Assembly (NCBI RefSeq): GCF_000143415.4
Contig: NW_003314280.1
Coordinates: 682,001-746,000 of the forward strand
Reading direction: 5' to 3'
Length of the DNA stretch: 64,000 bases
From: Selaginella moellendorffii
Taxonomy: Eukaryota > Plantae > Lycopodiophyta
Part shown: piece after piece, positions 18,998-31,810 of the stretch
Layout of the letters: every line of letters begins with the position of its first letter
Numbering within the stretch: the first letter of the stretch is position 1
Program-made: the position numbers and the translations under genes
Notes under the pieces: model-generated
Seen by the model: only the letters and a program-made list of their open reading frames with translations
Told to the model about the DNA's origin: nothing
The model's database searches: none

Positions 18998-19498
18998 TCA
19001 TCGCATCTCCCTCACCAAGAACACCGAGAAGGTGACAATGACGAAGGAGATGAGGAACGACATGATCATCTCAGTGAGGAGGCTGTCCATGGAGAATCCC
19101 AGCAGCGGCGACACCTGCACCCCCGGCGGCGATTTCTTGAGCGCAAACAGGCGGAGGGCGTTGCATTCGTGGCAGGCGGAATCCATGGCGAGGATGCCGC
19201 TGGCGGCGCCGCCCAGCGCGTAGAGGGCGGCGGGCGGCGGCGTCACCTTTGGGAAGCGCATGAGCGCCGACGAGTAGGCGAGCGCGGAGGTGGAGGAGAT
19301 GGTCGCAACCGTGGCGCCCAGGACCAATCCATCGCACAGCCACGGCGTCGCGCGGATGTGCCTCGCGATTTGCCTCAGCCCGGAGGCCATTCCGGGCGCT
19401 CCAAATCCGAGCCCTGCGAGGCTTCCAAGTCCTGGGAGCCAAAATCCTTGATAGCGATGCTGGAGAGAGCTGCTGCTGCTGCTGCTCGTGCTGGGCAT
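18998..19498 (-). CDS. Hypothetical intronless membrane protein (166 aa)
   Basis: GC-rich ORF with several hydrophobic segments and a C-terminal TM (MIMSFLISFVIVTFSVFLV); family not recognised. Confidence 0.5.
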   Translation of the reverse strand: MPSTSSSSSSSLQHRYQGFWLPGLGSLAGLGFGAPGMASGLRQIARHIRATPWLCDGLVLGATVATISSTSALAYSSALMRFPKVTPPPAALYALGGAASGILAMDSACHECNALRLFALKKSPPGVQVSPLLGFSMDSLLTEMIMSFLISFVIVTFSVFLVREMR

Positions 19499-19914
19499 CG
19501 TTTCGGTCTTAGAAAATTCTCTTGTTGTTGCTCTGCTTGTCGTTCATGGAAGGTGGAGTTTGCTGAAAACAAAGTAGCAGTTTTGGGCAGTTGACAGGGG
19601 CGCGTGTGTTCGGCGGGCACTGTTCCTGTGGCAGTTGACGTGGCGGCCGTTGACAGTTCAGCAGAAACTATTATAAAAGGCAATAAAAGGATCTATATTA
19701 AATGTGTAGAGGCCAAAGATTTTACTAAAAAAGAAAATTGCATGCATATAAAAATACAGAATAAAATGAGAGAAAATATATACAATCAAGAATGATTCTC
19801 CATTGCTTATTGCTCTCCATTGCTCAAATTTCTAAAGTAGTTTGTAAAGTTTTGATTTACTTAAATTTATTATTATACATATAAATTTTAAATTTAAATG
19901 CAAAATTATTTTCG

Positions 19915-21740
19915 TCATATGTTAATGTTACACAACCCATGATTTAAGATACACCAGCGTGGCATCATCGGGTGAGCTGCCACTCCCCGTGACACCATTC
20001 TCTCCCGCCACTCCACCAGCCGCTTTCCTGCCTCAGTCGTCCGCTTCTTGGAGCTGGAGTCTCTATTCCCTGACCACGTCACCTCTGCCAGCGCGGAAGT
20101 CCGCGGCCACACCAGCCCATCCAGCACGTTCGCATCGGCCAACTCAGACCACAGGGCGGCCTCAGCGCCAATCACAAGCGCCGCCTCCTGCCGCGTCAGC
20201 CCGTACGCCAAGTCAAAGTCATAGATCCGCTGCCACGTCTTGTACGGCGCGCACCACGACCCGCCGCTACCACCGTAGTTGAAGGACGCGTCGTCACCGG
20301 TGATGCTCAGCGACGGCGGCACCACCGTCCGGTTGGGCTGGTCGAATCGCGAGTCGTTGAGCAGGAAGTCGCCGCGACCACAGTCGAGGTAGAGGAAGTC
20401 GGACGACGACACCACCGCGCGGTACCCCGCCGACGTCACCGCCTTGGTGTTGATGGCCCCGTTGTTCCACGTCTGTATGACCGTTGACCCCCTGGGGAGG
20501 AGGTCAGCAGACACGTTGACCGCGGCGTCGAGCAGAATATCCTCCCAGTACACCACCGTCTTGTTGCGCGACGCGATCATCGGGTACGTCCTGTTGACGA
20601 AGAGCTCCAGGAGGCTGCCCATGGTGGCGTTCCCGGAGGAGACGAGGCGTGAGAGCTCCTCGCTCGCGTTCCAGCAGCCGGGGGCTATCTCGTCGGCCCC
20701 TGCGTGGTAGAAGGAGTCCGGGAAGAGGGCCGTCACCTCCTCGATGATGTGCTTGAGAACCTGGTAAGTTTTTGGGTGTAGGGGATTGAGCTGCCCGGCA
20801 CCTGGCTCCGACGCCATGCGTTTGCTCCAGTCTTGAGTGTTGGGATCCCACCACATCTTTCCCAGGCATGTTAACATCTCTGGGTACGCCGCTCCCCATG
20901 ATGCTGTGTGTCCTGGACAAAAGCTTTGACTTTAGAAAGAAAAATCTGGAAGTTTTTACCTGGAGCGTCGATCTCGGGGATAACTCTGACACCGCGAGAC
21001 CTGGCGAAGGCCACAATGCGCTTCACGTCCTGACGTGAGTACGTAAACTCCGGCCCATACGAGCCTTTTTTGGACAGCTCCGGCTCCGACTCCAGGAGTA
21101 GAGGGAACGAATGCGAGTCCGATATGTGCCAGTGGAAGACGTTGAGCTTGTTGTAACTGAGAGCCTGGATGGTCCGAAGTATGTCCTTGACCGGAAAGAA
21201 GTTCCTGGATGTGTCCAGCAGGAGTCCCCTGTGAGAGTAGAGCGGCCAGTCTGTGATTCGGACCCCGTAGCTTATGAAGAGCTTGCGAGCTTGCGAGTCA
21301 AACTGCACCAGTTGAGAGAATGTTTCCAGCCCGTGGAGAGCCCCCCACGTTGTGTTCGACACAATCGAGGCAGAGTCACCCTCTGAAACCACCAGTGTGT
21401 AGGATTCGTCCACACCATTCTGTAAGCCGGCTCGTAAGTCCGACACGGAGATGACGAGCCGTGAAATAGTTGCTTGTGCGGACTGAGAAGAAATGCGAGC
21501 TTGAATGGACACTGCAGACCATTTCTCAGTACAAACTTGACGCTTGTACCTCGATGCAGCAGCTCGCAACAGCTTTGGAGAACCCGCAGGCACCGAGATC
21601 GTGAATGTTGGTGAAATCAAATGGCATGACCTGTCGATGGCCTCAACAATCTGAGGCTGCGGCCACAGAAACAAATCGGAGCCCCTGCAAACCTGCACGG
21701 ACCAGAAGATGAGAAAGCCGAACAGTCTTCTCATCTCCAT
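19915..21740 (-). CDS. Beta-hexosaminidase (GH20, HEXO2-like), signal peptide, one intron
   Basis: LWPQP, DESYTL, HRGLLLDTSRNF, NKLNVFHWHISDSHSFP, IPEIDAPG|HTASWG, HAGADE, LYLDCG, GAEAALWSE, WPRTSALAE. Confidence 0.95.
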
Positions 21741-21942
21741 TTTGTGATGTGAATCCTCTGAAGAAAATGTTAGCATATTTATTTAGAAGGAACGCGCGGC
21801 ATCAACAAATCCCACCTAGAGCTGCCGCCCAAACAGAAGATTTTATGGATTGAAGAAGTGAACAGCTCCAATGTTGTTTGTCCACTAGCAACTGTAGTCG
21901 GTGGTAAGTACAAGAAACAAAGCTGGCTTCTCACTCGCCTTA

Positions 21943-23337
21943 TTAATCCGATTTGTCGTCGTTTATGGAGAGCAGAGTCATTGCTTGAACGCTCGCATCA
22001 TCCAAGCTGTCCATAGAGATCTGCACAAAACATAAGGCCGCCATATGCAACAGGATGAAAAATAATTCATTGACTTACTAGAAGTATGTCTTCGTCTGTT
22101 CCAAAAGACTTACGTGCTTCGTCCAGCGCTTCAAGCGGCAGCTTATCGCTGCAACTGTAAAGACAAGATGTGAGGAGACAAAACACAGCGCCTAGCACCT
22201 TGAGCTTGATGGATCTTTTATTTCGAACTCGTTGGTTTCTAGATCATACCCGCAAATAACCACATAATGGCCTGCAAAATCAACATCACCTGTAAAAGAC
22301 GTGGTACAAGAAAAAAGTCTCTTCACCTGTGTAGCCAGAATGTAACCCGCAACACAAACACACTTCGAGCCAAGGATGGCTGTAAAGACCAGGAGAAGCT
22401 CTAAGAAAATATTCAGAATTTGAAAATAAAAAGTACCTGAGCTTGTGTTTGTCAACTAGCGCAATAGCAAGATATCGTCCAGAAAGAATCAGCATTGCCA
22501 ATTCTTCGCCAGATATGGATCTCCACTGTGTCACTTTCGCTTGAGTGTCAAATGAGTAGATGTTATACTGCTACCTGTATCTGAATCCCAGCTTGAGGAG
22601 CTTTCTCAAACAGCTTATTTACCCGTTTCTCGTCGGCTTCCATATTATCCTGCACGATACCATTAGCTTCTCCATGAAAAGAACATTGCAACTACAACGA
22701 ACATAGGTAGCTTTAACATGCAAAAGGCAGGCGATTCGACTTACACATCAAACTGTGGACGATCGACCTCTAAATACATACAGTTAGAAAGCGTTTGGAA
22801 AGAGCTACGCGTACGAACCTTGTAGAAAGACTCGACTGCCAGAAGTGGATTTGCTCCAAGGGTGATCGTCAAAAAGGCCACATCCACCGAAAAATGGCGA
22901 AGGAGATAAGCCAAATCAACAGTCCAAATGCTGCCAGCCACAGGGAAGAAAGAAAAATCAGCACGCACTTAAGGTTGCCTATAGGACCTACCTCGTGTTA
23001 CGACAGAGCTGGGACAATGTCTTTAAATTACAGCTCTCAATCCCGAGAGCTCGAAGCACCATCGAGACACAAGCGAGCCCACAATCCCAGCTCCTAAGCT
23101 GGCGGACATGGGGAACCTGGAAAGAAGAACAAAAAGAACTATCACGGCACAATCATAGCAACGAAGGATTGCTATCTATAATATACTCACATCAATAGAA
23201 TTCGACCGAGGAAGAGGTCTGTCACAGTCGATGAAAGGGGAATGCACGGAATCCCATTTGTATATTTCCACGAGCGATTTCGTGGCCCAGGCACTGTTCG
23301 CGGTCCTCCGAGACCTACCTCCTTCCGATCCCGCCAT
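21943..23337 (-). CDS. GUCD1 / plant 'guanylyl cyclase 1'-like protein (C39 peptidase-like fold)
   Basis: VPHVRQLRSWDCGLACVSMVL, SIWTVDLAYLL, IALVDK, GHYVVICGYD, ARKSFGTDEDILL. Confidence 0.88.
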
Positions 23338-23942
23338 TCCCTTGTCAGAGCATGATCTTCAGACAAATCCTGCGACAACGACAAAATCGCCGGCCAGCGA
23401 GAGATTTTAGAGCAGCAGCTGGTGTGAATCACCTCGAATCACTCCATTCTCGATCCTGGGACTCTCATCAGAGAGAGATCCCGCCGCGCTCGCCGCGCCG
23501 ATGCCGATTCACCTAAAGACCTCTCATCGGCATTGCCGAAATCTCGCGCAATGCGGATTGGAGCGCGCCGCGCAGCCGCTCACCCCTGGAAGGAAAACCT
23601 ATGAATGAAACCACGGTCATTTCCCAGCCAGAAAGCCTCCGCGGCATATTCCACCCTGTTCTCAAGCTTTTGGACTCGATGCGGTATATTCTACCCTGTT
23701 TTTCAAGCGGGGAATCGAACCTCGGACCTTCAACTAAAGCCCGGATTCGAACCCCAACTCGCGAGGGAGTTTTGTCTGGCGCGGTGGTGGGCATGCAAGC
23801 TCGTCTACAAATACAAATCTAGGGCTATCAAGAAGAAGAAGCGGCGCCGCCAGGATCCGCCAGTAGGGAGCGCTCGATCGATGGATTGGCGCGGCGTGTA
23901 GCTCATTCATTCATTCTCCGCGATCCACGGGACAGTAAGTAA

Positions 23943-25015
23943 ATGGCGGGATCGTCGGCGACGAGGCTCATCCTGACCAGTGGCGGCATCGTTCCAGCTC
24001 CAGAATCGCCTCCACCGACCTCGCTGGATTTGCTAGAGGTGAGGCGGCAGTCCGGGGAGGGCTCTAGATGCCGGTTTGGCTGTGCGCTCGGGAAGAACTT
24101 GCTGGGGCACGCCTTTGAGGACCGGCACTACGCCAGGATCGTCGAGCACAAGGGGAAGGAGATTGCGATGTTTGGGGTGTATGACGGGCACAAAGGGGGC
24201 GAGGTAGCGGACTTCCTCCAGCAGTATCTCTTCGACGCCATCTTGAGTCATCCACGCTTCGATGTGAATCCAAAGGAGGCGATCCGAGAGGCATACTTGG
24301 CATTGGACAAGAGGTTTGGTTTCCATCTTCGCTGGCTTGTTCTTCGTGTGATTGTGTTCCTTCCCAGGATTTTAGATCTGGGAAGCGTGAGGAGATCCGG
24401 CTCCACGGCCACGACTTGCCTTCTCTTTGATGGATCCAAGCTCATTGTCGCAAACGTCGGGGATTCGCGGGCGGTGCTGTGCCGCGGTGGCGAGGCCGTG
24501 GTCGTCTCCGTGGATCACGAACCACAGAAGCCGGAAGAACGTGAGATGGTGAGACCGAAAAATCCGATTATTCCTCCACAGGTGGCAGCTCTGAGAGATT
24601 CCCAAAGCAACACGTAGCTCTCTCGAGTGTCGTGATCGTTGTGATCGTTGTCTCCACTTATGGTTTTCTTTTGTTGTGGCTTTGTCAGGTGGAATCCAAA
24701 GGTGGAGAAGTGAGCTTAACACTCGGTGGAATCTATCGCGTCGACCGACGGCTGGCCATGTCGAGAGCTTTCGGGGACTACGATCTCAAAGAGCACATCA
24801 CGGTAGAGCCGGACATATGGGAAGGCGAGCTCTCCTCGGACGATTTCTTCATCGTCGCTAGCGATGGGCTGTGGCACAAGGTGACGAGCGAGGAGGCCGT
24901 GAGCGTGGTCCTGGAGGAAGACGAGGCCGTGGTCGCCGCGGAGGAGCTCGTCGAGCTTGCCAAAGTGAAGAGGGAGACCGATGATATAACCATCGTCGTT
25001 GTCACGTTGAAGTGA
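23943..25015 (+). CDS. Protein phosphatase 2C
   Basis: FGVYDGHKG, GSTAT, VANVGDSRAVLCRGG, SVDHEP, LAMSRAFGD, IVASDGLW, DDITIVVV. Confidence 0.93.
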
Positions 25016-25094
25016 GCGAGCTAACTAATTTTCAGTTCTATCGTCCAGCTTCCAGCCAAGATTCTCTTTCTCCTTTCTCGATTACTTTGATTCA

Positions 25095-26100
25095 TCACTG
25101 GTGCAGGAGCTGGTGTTCGCGTTGATTTGCATTCTTGACGCGGAACTCCAGCTCCGAAACGTCGCCGTGGAGACGGCTCAAGCTCTCGTTTTGCCTGTGC
25201 AAGAAAGAGAGGTAAGTTTTGACAGAGAAGTTCTTCGTGGCTATGGCAAGTTACCTTCCAAGCTCGTCTCCCATGGTAGCGGACATCTCCTTGAGCTGAT
25301 CCAGGACGCTGCTCAGGCTCGAGAGAGCTTCATCCTGCTTGGCTCGCTCATCCTTCCCAAGGATTCTCTCTTAAAGCTCGAAACGACGAACAAACAAAAC
25401 GACTTTACCTGGACGTGGGACTGAAACGTCGAGGCGTGCTGAGGAGGCGAAGACGAAGATTTCGGAGCCGCTCCATTGCCCTCGAAGAACTCTTTCCGAT
25501 CGGGATGAGCAGCAGCATGGACTGGATTATCTGATGAAAGATCATAGCTATAGCCATGAAAGAGAGAAAGAACTTTAGCTATGTACCGTGGTGGAAGTCC
25601 AAGGGCCCGCTCAATTCCTGGCCTCTCTTGGGCCGCCAGGGCCTGGAAAAGATGCCTCCAAGGCTGGCCAGAAGTTTCTCTCCCTGTGATCGATGATCCA
25701 AAGTTGTTGACAAGGATAGAACGAAGAAAAGATTTCCAAGTACCTTGTTAAGTTCTTGCTCGAGCACTAGCGCCGACTCGTGCGTGCGCCGGATCTGCTG
25801 GCCTTGCTCGTGGAGCTGGACGATCGTCTGCGTCGCCTCGTGCCTCATACCCTCGGCCACGCGGAGGCAGCTCTGGATGGCGGAAGTGGTCTCCTGGGAT
25901 GTGCCCAGAGCTTGCTGCTGGAGCTCTTGCAGATCTTCGTCATCGCCATCTAGATCCCGGCGATGCCCGGCGCCTGGAGGAGGAGCGGAGGACGCTCGAC
26001 TGTGATTACTGGGCGAATGATTTCCCAGGAGAGCTTGGCGCTGCTGGAAAGCGCTGGAATCTCGCAGAAGAAGCTCCGCCGAGGGCGATTTGTGAGCCAT
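25095..26100 (-). CDS. SNAP25-homologous Qb+c SNARE (SNAP33 family)
   Basis: ETTSAIQSCLRVAEGMRHEATQTIVQLHEQGQQIRRTH, GEKLLASLGGIFSRPWRPK; second SNARE motif ending ANQREHQLL. Confidence 0.88.
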
Positions 26101-26343
26101 CCTTGGAGAAAGAAAAATAGGCCAAGAGGGTATCAATGCCGCATTGCGATCGTCGTGACTGACCTAGTGCGGCGATGGCGATGGCGATGGCGACGATCCG
26201 GGAGCTGCCTTATAGATCTGTGGCGCCGTGGCAAGGAAAGGGCGAGAGAGGAGGAGATCAAGAGACGCCGCTAGAGAGAACTTGAATGGGACACAAGGAG
26301 GGAAACCCAAACGTTATTTTTCTTCTTTAATGGATGGGATTTT

Positions 26344-27732
26344 TTAGTAGAACACATCGTCAGCGTGTAAATGTGCTGTGAGATTCAAGCTGTCGAGCAT
26401 TGGCTCCCCGAGCTTGTTCACCGTAAAGCTCGAGATCCCACTGTTGTTTATGTCGATCGCTCGAAATCTATCCAGGAAATCATCGCAAAGTTAGCAACGG
26501 CAAAACTTGCGAGTAGAATTATCAAGACTAGAACTATGGGATGCAAGACTTTCTTAAAAGAAAGCTTGTTTACGAGTGAAAAGATCGTACCTTTCCGGTT
26601 CTAATCCCAGTGCTGTGCAAATGAGTGCTCGAAGAATCGACTTGTGAGTAACAACGAGCACGGTTTGTCCCTGTCAAGTGAAATAGAAGTAATGAAACTC
26701 TCTCTGCGAAAAGAGGGAGAGAGAACGAGCTTACAGATCCGGCGAGCATTTCGGCCCAAGCTTTCTTCGCCCTGCCCCACAGATTGACGACGGGATAGAC
26801 GCCATTCACGTTGAAGTTCCTTGGATCTTCTCTCCAGGCTTTGAACAGTTCGGGAAACTCTTGCCTTGCGTCCTCTAGAAAAGAAAATGCTTTGTAGACA
26901 ACCAAGAAGCGTGGCAAAGCTTACGATTTTTCATTCCTTCTAGGAACAGCAGGTTGGCTTCTCCCAAACTCTCAAGAAAAATCAATGGCTCCTCGCGACC
27001 AGACCACATAATCTCGGCACTAGACTGCTTCAAAACAACGCTATCAAAGAGATACATGTAGAAGAAAAACTACCACCTTGGCTCGGGAGATGGGACTAGC
27101 GTAGCACTTGTCAAACTTAATCTTCGAAAGAGCATGTTTGCACCGTTGTGCTTGCGAAACTCCAATCTCCGTGAGAACCGACTTGTCTGAGCTGCCCTGG
27201 ATCAAAGGAAACAAGAGATCAAACGAGAAAAATCACTACCACAGCTTACCTGAATCCGGCCCTCCTCGTTCCATGAGCTTAATCCATGCCTCACGAGAAA
27301 GAACCTCTTGCCAGCGGCTAGAGGAGTGGGAATTAACGGGTCTGTCGCTCCTCGAAAATCCAGAGCCGTCCCCGTGACCCATTCCAGTGCTCTCGTGGCG
27401 TAGCTGGAACTGCCATTCAGCGACAAGCGTCCACTCTCCTCTAAAGTTTTGGATAAGAAGAAAATCTATGCCGATAGAACGATAACGATAGAGAACGACT
27501 TACTTGCGGCGGAATTCGAGGAAGAGGCAGCAGTAGAAGTGGACGCGTCGTGAGAAGAAGCCGATGCCCGGATGACAAACCCTACATTGCCGGAATTTCT
27601 CCTCCGCTTGGAGGAGGCGATGCAGCTGCCGCCAAGATTGAGCGAGAAGCTCCACCAGCTGCGTGCGAACTGAGCGCTGGCGGAGGAGGAGGCGGCGGAG
27701 GAGCAAGAACACGGCGCCACAATGTCCGCCAT
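26344..27732 (-). CDS. Plastid-targeted histidine phosphatase / phosphoglycerate mutase family (CA1P-phosphatase-like)
   Basis: Ser-rich transit-like N-terminus; LVRHGLSSWNEEGRIQG, SPISRAK, LVVTHKSILRALICTALGL. Confidence 0.85.
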
Positions 27733-27862
27733 TGCGGCGGGCAGGATATTTTGAAAATAGAGACGATGCTTAATAGGCTAAAAATCCCCGCGAATATCTT
27801 AAGATTCTACCGTACGATTTAAACTGGAAGCTTAAGATATTCGCAAGTACGGATGGAGGTTC

Positions 27863-29689
27863 ATGGATCTAGAGCTCGAGCGTTTCTCTAGGCTGCTACG
27901 AGACTGTGGAGACTCGAGAGATTTAGGGCGAGGACGAAAGCTCCACCGAGAGATTCTTAGCGGTGGCGAGCACCTCAGGCACTGCAAGCTTCTCAAGGAC
28001 CAGCTGATACACATGTACGGGAAATGTGGGAGCGCCGTCGATGCCTGGGACGTGTTCTGCGGGATCAACGGCTCGGATCTCCTTTCCTGGAATCTCATGC
28101 TCAGTGCATATGCTCAGAATGGGCAACTGGGAAAAGCGAGAGAAGTGTTTGAACGTATTCCACGGCGAGATGTTTTTACATGGACGGCTATGATCACTGC
28201 TTGTCATTGCGGTAATTCCTTAGAACAATCGAAAAACTACTTTGATTCGATGCCGGAAAGAAACGTAGTTACTTGGACGGCCATGGCTACTGCATTTGCC
28301 GGAGCTGGGTATTTAGAAGAAGCCCGGATAATCTTCGATAAGATGCCCGAGTGGAATCTTGTGACCTGGAACACCATGGTCGAAGCATATTGTTCCAGCA
28401 ATGAGTTGGATGAGGCCAAGGTGATCTATGATAGCATGCCCCAAAAGACAATGGGAGCCATGACGTCGTTCATTCGTGTTTATGCAGAGAATGGGGATGT
28501 AGAAGCTGCAAAGATTCTATTTGACAGCATGCCTTACCATGATGAAATTTCTTGTGTAAGCGTAATGGCAGGATTTGTATATGACTGTTCTTTAGACCGA
28601 GCATTGTTCGTGTTCAACAATATACAATACCAAAGTATATTATCTTGGACATCTATGATCTGGGGTTATATCCAGATGGGCCACCTTGAGGAGGCAAAGG
28701 TGGTGTTTGACTCAATGCCTCTCTACAATGTGGTGGCTTTAAATGCTATGCTACAAATTCATGTTATAAACAGAAGTGTCAAGGAAACAAAGCACGTATT
28801 TGAGCGAATGTGTCAAAAGAATCTAGTCTCGTGGACTTTGATGCTTTTGGCATATGCCCAAGATGGTTATTTCTTGGATGCTCAGAGATTGTTTGAGAAG
28901 ATGCCAGAGAGAAACGTTGTAATTTGCAGTGCTTTGATGGAAATGTATACCCAAATGGGGAGTTTGGACCAAGCACTGGATATATTTCATTCGATGCCCA
29001 TTCATAATGTGGTTTCATGCACAATAGCTTTACAAATCAGATCCTTGTTAGGTAGCAGCATTGAGGATCTTAGGGTGATGCTAGAAAGATTTCCCCAGAA
29101 AGACATTGTTTCACTTAATGTAATGCTCGCTGAATATGCCCGAAGAGGGAATATGGACGAAAGCATAAACTTCTTCTATTTTGTAATGCCCTTCCACAAC
29201 ACCTCATCCTACATCCTATTACTTGAATCTTACCTTTACAATGGCCATGTTTTTTCAACAAAAGAAATATACGCAAACATGCCAAAAGAAAGTACTATTG
29301 CCTCCAAAGCCATAATAACCGCATATGCCCATTCAGGGCATCTGCTACATGCAAAAACCACCTTTGACAGATCTCTGTGTCGAGATCTTGACATGTGGAC
29401 AGCTCTGATTTGCGCCTATGGCCGTTGTGCGCAATGCAGAGAAGCCCTAGAGATCTTCCACGAGCTGGTTTCCAGCGGAATCAATCCCGACGCAATCACC
29501 TTCTTGAGTTTGCTCTTTGTCTGTAGCCACTCAGGATCTTTAAAAATCGCCCAAGAGTGCTTTTCTTCAATGGTGATTGATTACGAAATCTCACCCATTC
29601 CAGACCACTTGAGCTGCATCGTTGACATACTAGATCGCAATTTCCTTGACTCTTGGCTATACTCCAGTTTTCAATTCACTGATTTTTAA
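27863..29689 (+). CDS. PLS-class pentatricopeptide repeat protein (intronless; ends before a complete E domain)
   Basis: LIHMYGKCGS, many short FD-MP-RNVV-WT repeats, PDAITFLSLLFVCSHSG, HLSCIVDILDR. Confidence 0.9.
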   Translation: MDLELERFSRLLRDCGDSRDLGRGRKLHREILSGGEHLRHCKLLKDQLIHMYGKCGSAVDAWDVFCGINGSDLLSWNLMLSAYAQNGQLGKAREVFERIPRRDVFTWTAMITACHCGNSLEQSKNYFDSMPERNVVTWTAMATAFAGAGYLEEARIIFDKMPEWNLVTWNTMVEAYCSSNELDEAKVIYDSMPQKTMGAMTSFIRVYAENGDVEAAKILFDSMPYHDEISCVSVMAGFVYDCSLDRALFVFNNIQYQSILSWTSMIWGYIQMGHLEEAKVVFDSMPLYNVVALNAMLQIHVINRSVKETKHVFERMCQKNLVSWTLMLLAYAQDGYFLDAQRLFEKMPERNVVICSALMEMYTQMGSLDQALDIFHSMPIHNVVSCTIALQIRSLLGSSIEDLRVMLERFPQKDIVSLNVMLAEYARRGNMDESINFFYFVMPFHNTSSYILLLESYLYNGHVFSTKEIYANMPKESTIASKAIITAYAHSGHLLHAKTTFDRSLCRDLDMWTALICAYGRCAQCREALEIFHELVSSGINPDAITFLSLLFVCSHSGSLKIAQECFSSMVIDYEISPIPDHLSCIVDILDRNFLDSWLYSSFQFTDF

Positions 29690-30629
29690 AGTGTAGCATT
29701 TGGGACCTCCAGAATTAACTGGTTCTTGCTTCTATGTACTTTTACATGCTTTGATATGGGCAATTCCAAATTCTATTATACCTACAGCTGTAGGGCACAC
29801 TTCTAAGTAGAGCTTACAACACACCATGCTATATATCCCCCATATTTATGCCAGCAAGGCAACTTTGGTCATGTGGAGAACATCTACCATATTCTTTATC
29901 AATGCCCAAACCATCAGCATCTATGGGATCATATAACCCTTCATCAGGGATTGAGCATCCATGTTAGTGATGGAGGCTAGTTGTAGTAAATTGTAAAGTC
30001 TAAGTGATTAAATTTTCATTCTATTTTAGTACCACTTAAAAGAGTCTTATTTTTAACTTCCATAGGTCTACAGCAGTTTCTACTTGCCTCCGCTTGTTCT
30101 TCCTACCAAAACACTCATTGAGTTACATGGTGAGAAACGACCGCACATACCCCGCCACATGGCATCTAGCCTCAAGATCCCACTCTCATGGTGCCGAGAG
30201 CGCTGCCGCCAGGATTGCTGCTGCCCCGGCCGAAATATTGCCACCACGGCCTAGAATCCCGTCCTAGCATCACCCTAGCATTGCTGCCATGGCCGCCACG
30301 GCCGGATACTGCCCTCGTATAGCTCTTAACACCTGACAAAATCAATCTACAATTCTGTGTTTTATAAACGAATTCAAATTACACTGAGGTTAATTTCTTT
30401 GCTTCTGATCAAGCGGCCTGCATTTTGGTTCAGCAATTTCAATGAGGCAGCTGGATGAAAGAATGTATGAAAAGTTTATAACGCACTTAAGCTCTTGTCC
30501 TGGAAAGCAGAATTGACTTGGGGAGAGAGTATGGTGATAATGATATAATCAGGCATGAAACTTCTAACATCACATAATATCAGCTGGGGTGGAGATAGTG
30601 CTTGATAGGTGCCTAAAAGGAGTGCTGCC

Positions 30630-30730
30630 ACTCTCTTCTCAGTGCATGCAAATGTATCAGAACTTAGGAAAGCGCTGAGGATATTGGAGTTGAATCCATA
30701 CGTTGTTGACTTATATCCAACTTGTCGTTT
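30630..30730 (+). pseudogene. Decayed PPR E-domain remnant
   Basis: ctcttctcagtgcatgcaaatgtatcagaacttaggaaag...ggatattggagttgaatcca aligns with the E-domain remnant at ~38360-38500 (-). Confidence 0.6.
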
Positions 30731-30839
30731 AGGATCTTCTAATATTGGTTTTACCACCTAAATTGGGAAATAAAAACCGTGAAGAGAAGGAACTTTCATG
30801 TCTTTTGGTAATAGAATTTTCTTACTTAGGTAAGAAGAA

Positions 30840-31256
30840 ATGAAGAAATATTTCTCACTGGTTTTCTATTTATCTTATCTTGTTAATAAAGCATACTTTA
30901 TGAGTGATGGATATACATGGAATTGTTTACCTTATTCTTTAAGAGTTTCTAATGCAGATATTTGTAAATGTGAAAATGATATTTTTCATTCCCTTAATCG
31001 AAATCAAACTGGAAGACTATCATTTACTCATGGTCTTGTAAAAGTAACTGCATATATTGCAATCCATAGTAGTGTAACTTCAAGTGATTTAAATGAAGCT
31101 TTGAACATAATATGGGATAAATGCATAACACCTTTTAATAAAGGTGGAGCTGTATATCTAAGAAATGGGTCACTTAATGTAAGAATTGAGGCAATAAGAA
31201 CTGAGTTATCTCTAGAGGTATCAGAAAATCCTCAACTTGCTAAACAAAATTGCTAA
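30840..31256 (+). CDS. Putative secreted small Cys-containing protein, copy A (138 aa)
   Basis: Intact intronless ORF with a signal-peptide-like N-terminus; 98/138 identical to 37800-38216. Confidence 0.75.
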   Translation: MKKYFSLVFYLSYLVNKAYFMSDGYTWNCLPYSLRVSNADICKCENDIFHSLNRNQTGRLSFTHGLVKVTAYIAIHSSVTSSDLNEALNIIWDKCITPFNKGGAVYLRNGSLNVRIEAIRTELSLEVSENPQLAKQNC

Positions 31257-31499
31257 TGTAAGAAGGTTATTTTATTATTGACTATAATTTTAGTCATTTA
31301 TTTTTTCCAAAAATAATTGTGAAAAAAATTAATACTTATAATATTTAAATGCAGTTTCTACAATTGTAATATTAGAATTTTAAAACTCCAATCTAATGAG
31401 AATCTTGTATATTAAATATATGAAAAATAAGTCAATGTCATTTCTAATTGAGTGATAAATTTCTGCAATACCACTATTAATTTCAACTTCTCTAAGCTC

Positions 31500-31810
31500 C
31501 AATGGAGCTTGGAAGTCCACAAGCTCCAAGTTCCAATTGTTGTGCCTCCAAGTGATACTTACCTCAAGTGTTGCTCCTCTAAATAAGTGTTGCTTGCCTC
31601 CAAGTGTTCTACCTCTAAATGTTACTTTCTCCAAGTTGTTGTGCCTCTAAGTGTTATTTCCCTCAAAATATCAATTTTTATACTTCCAAGTTTTGCCACT
31701 AAATGTTGCTTACCTCAAAGTGTTGTGAAGTGTTATGCCTCCAAAGTGTTGCTTGTGTGACTTCACCTCCAAGTGTTGTGCCTCTAAATGTTGTTTGAAG
31801 TGTTATTGAA
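31500..31810. repeat. Imperfect tandem repeat (CCAAGTGTTG(T/C)(T/G)CCT-like units)
   Basis: Recurring aagtgttg...cctc units. Confidence 0.65.

Noticed and set aside
23700-23790. tRNA gene
   Set aside because: T-loop-like motifs only; no acceptor stem, D-arm or anticodon arm could be built
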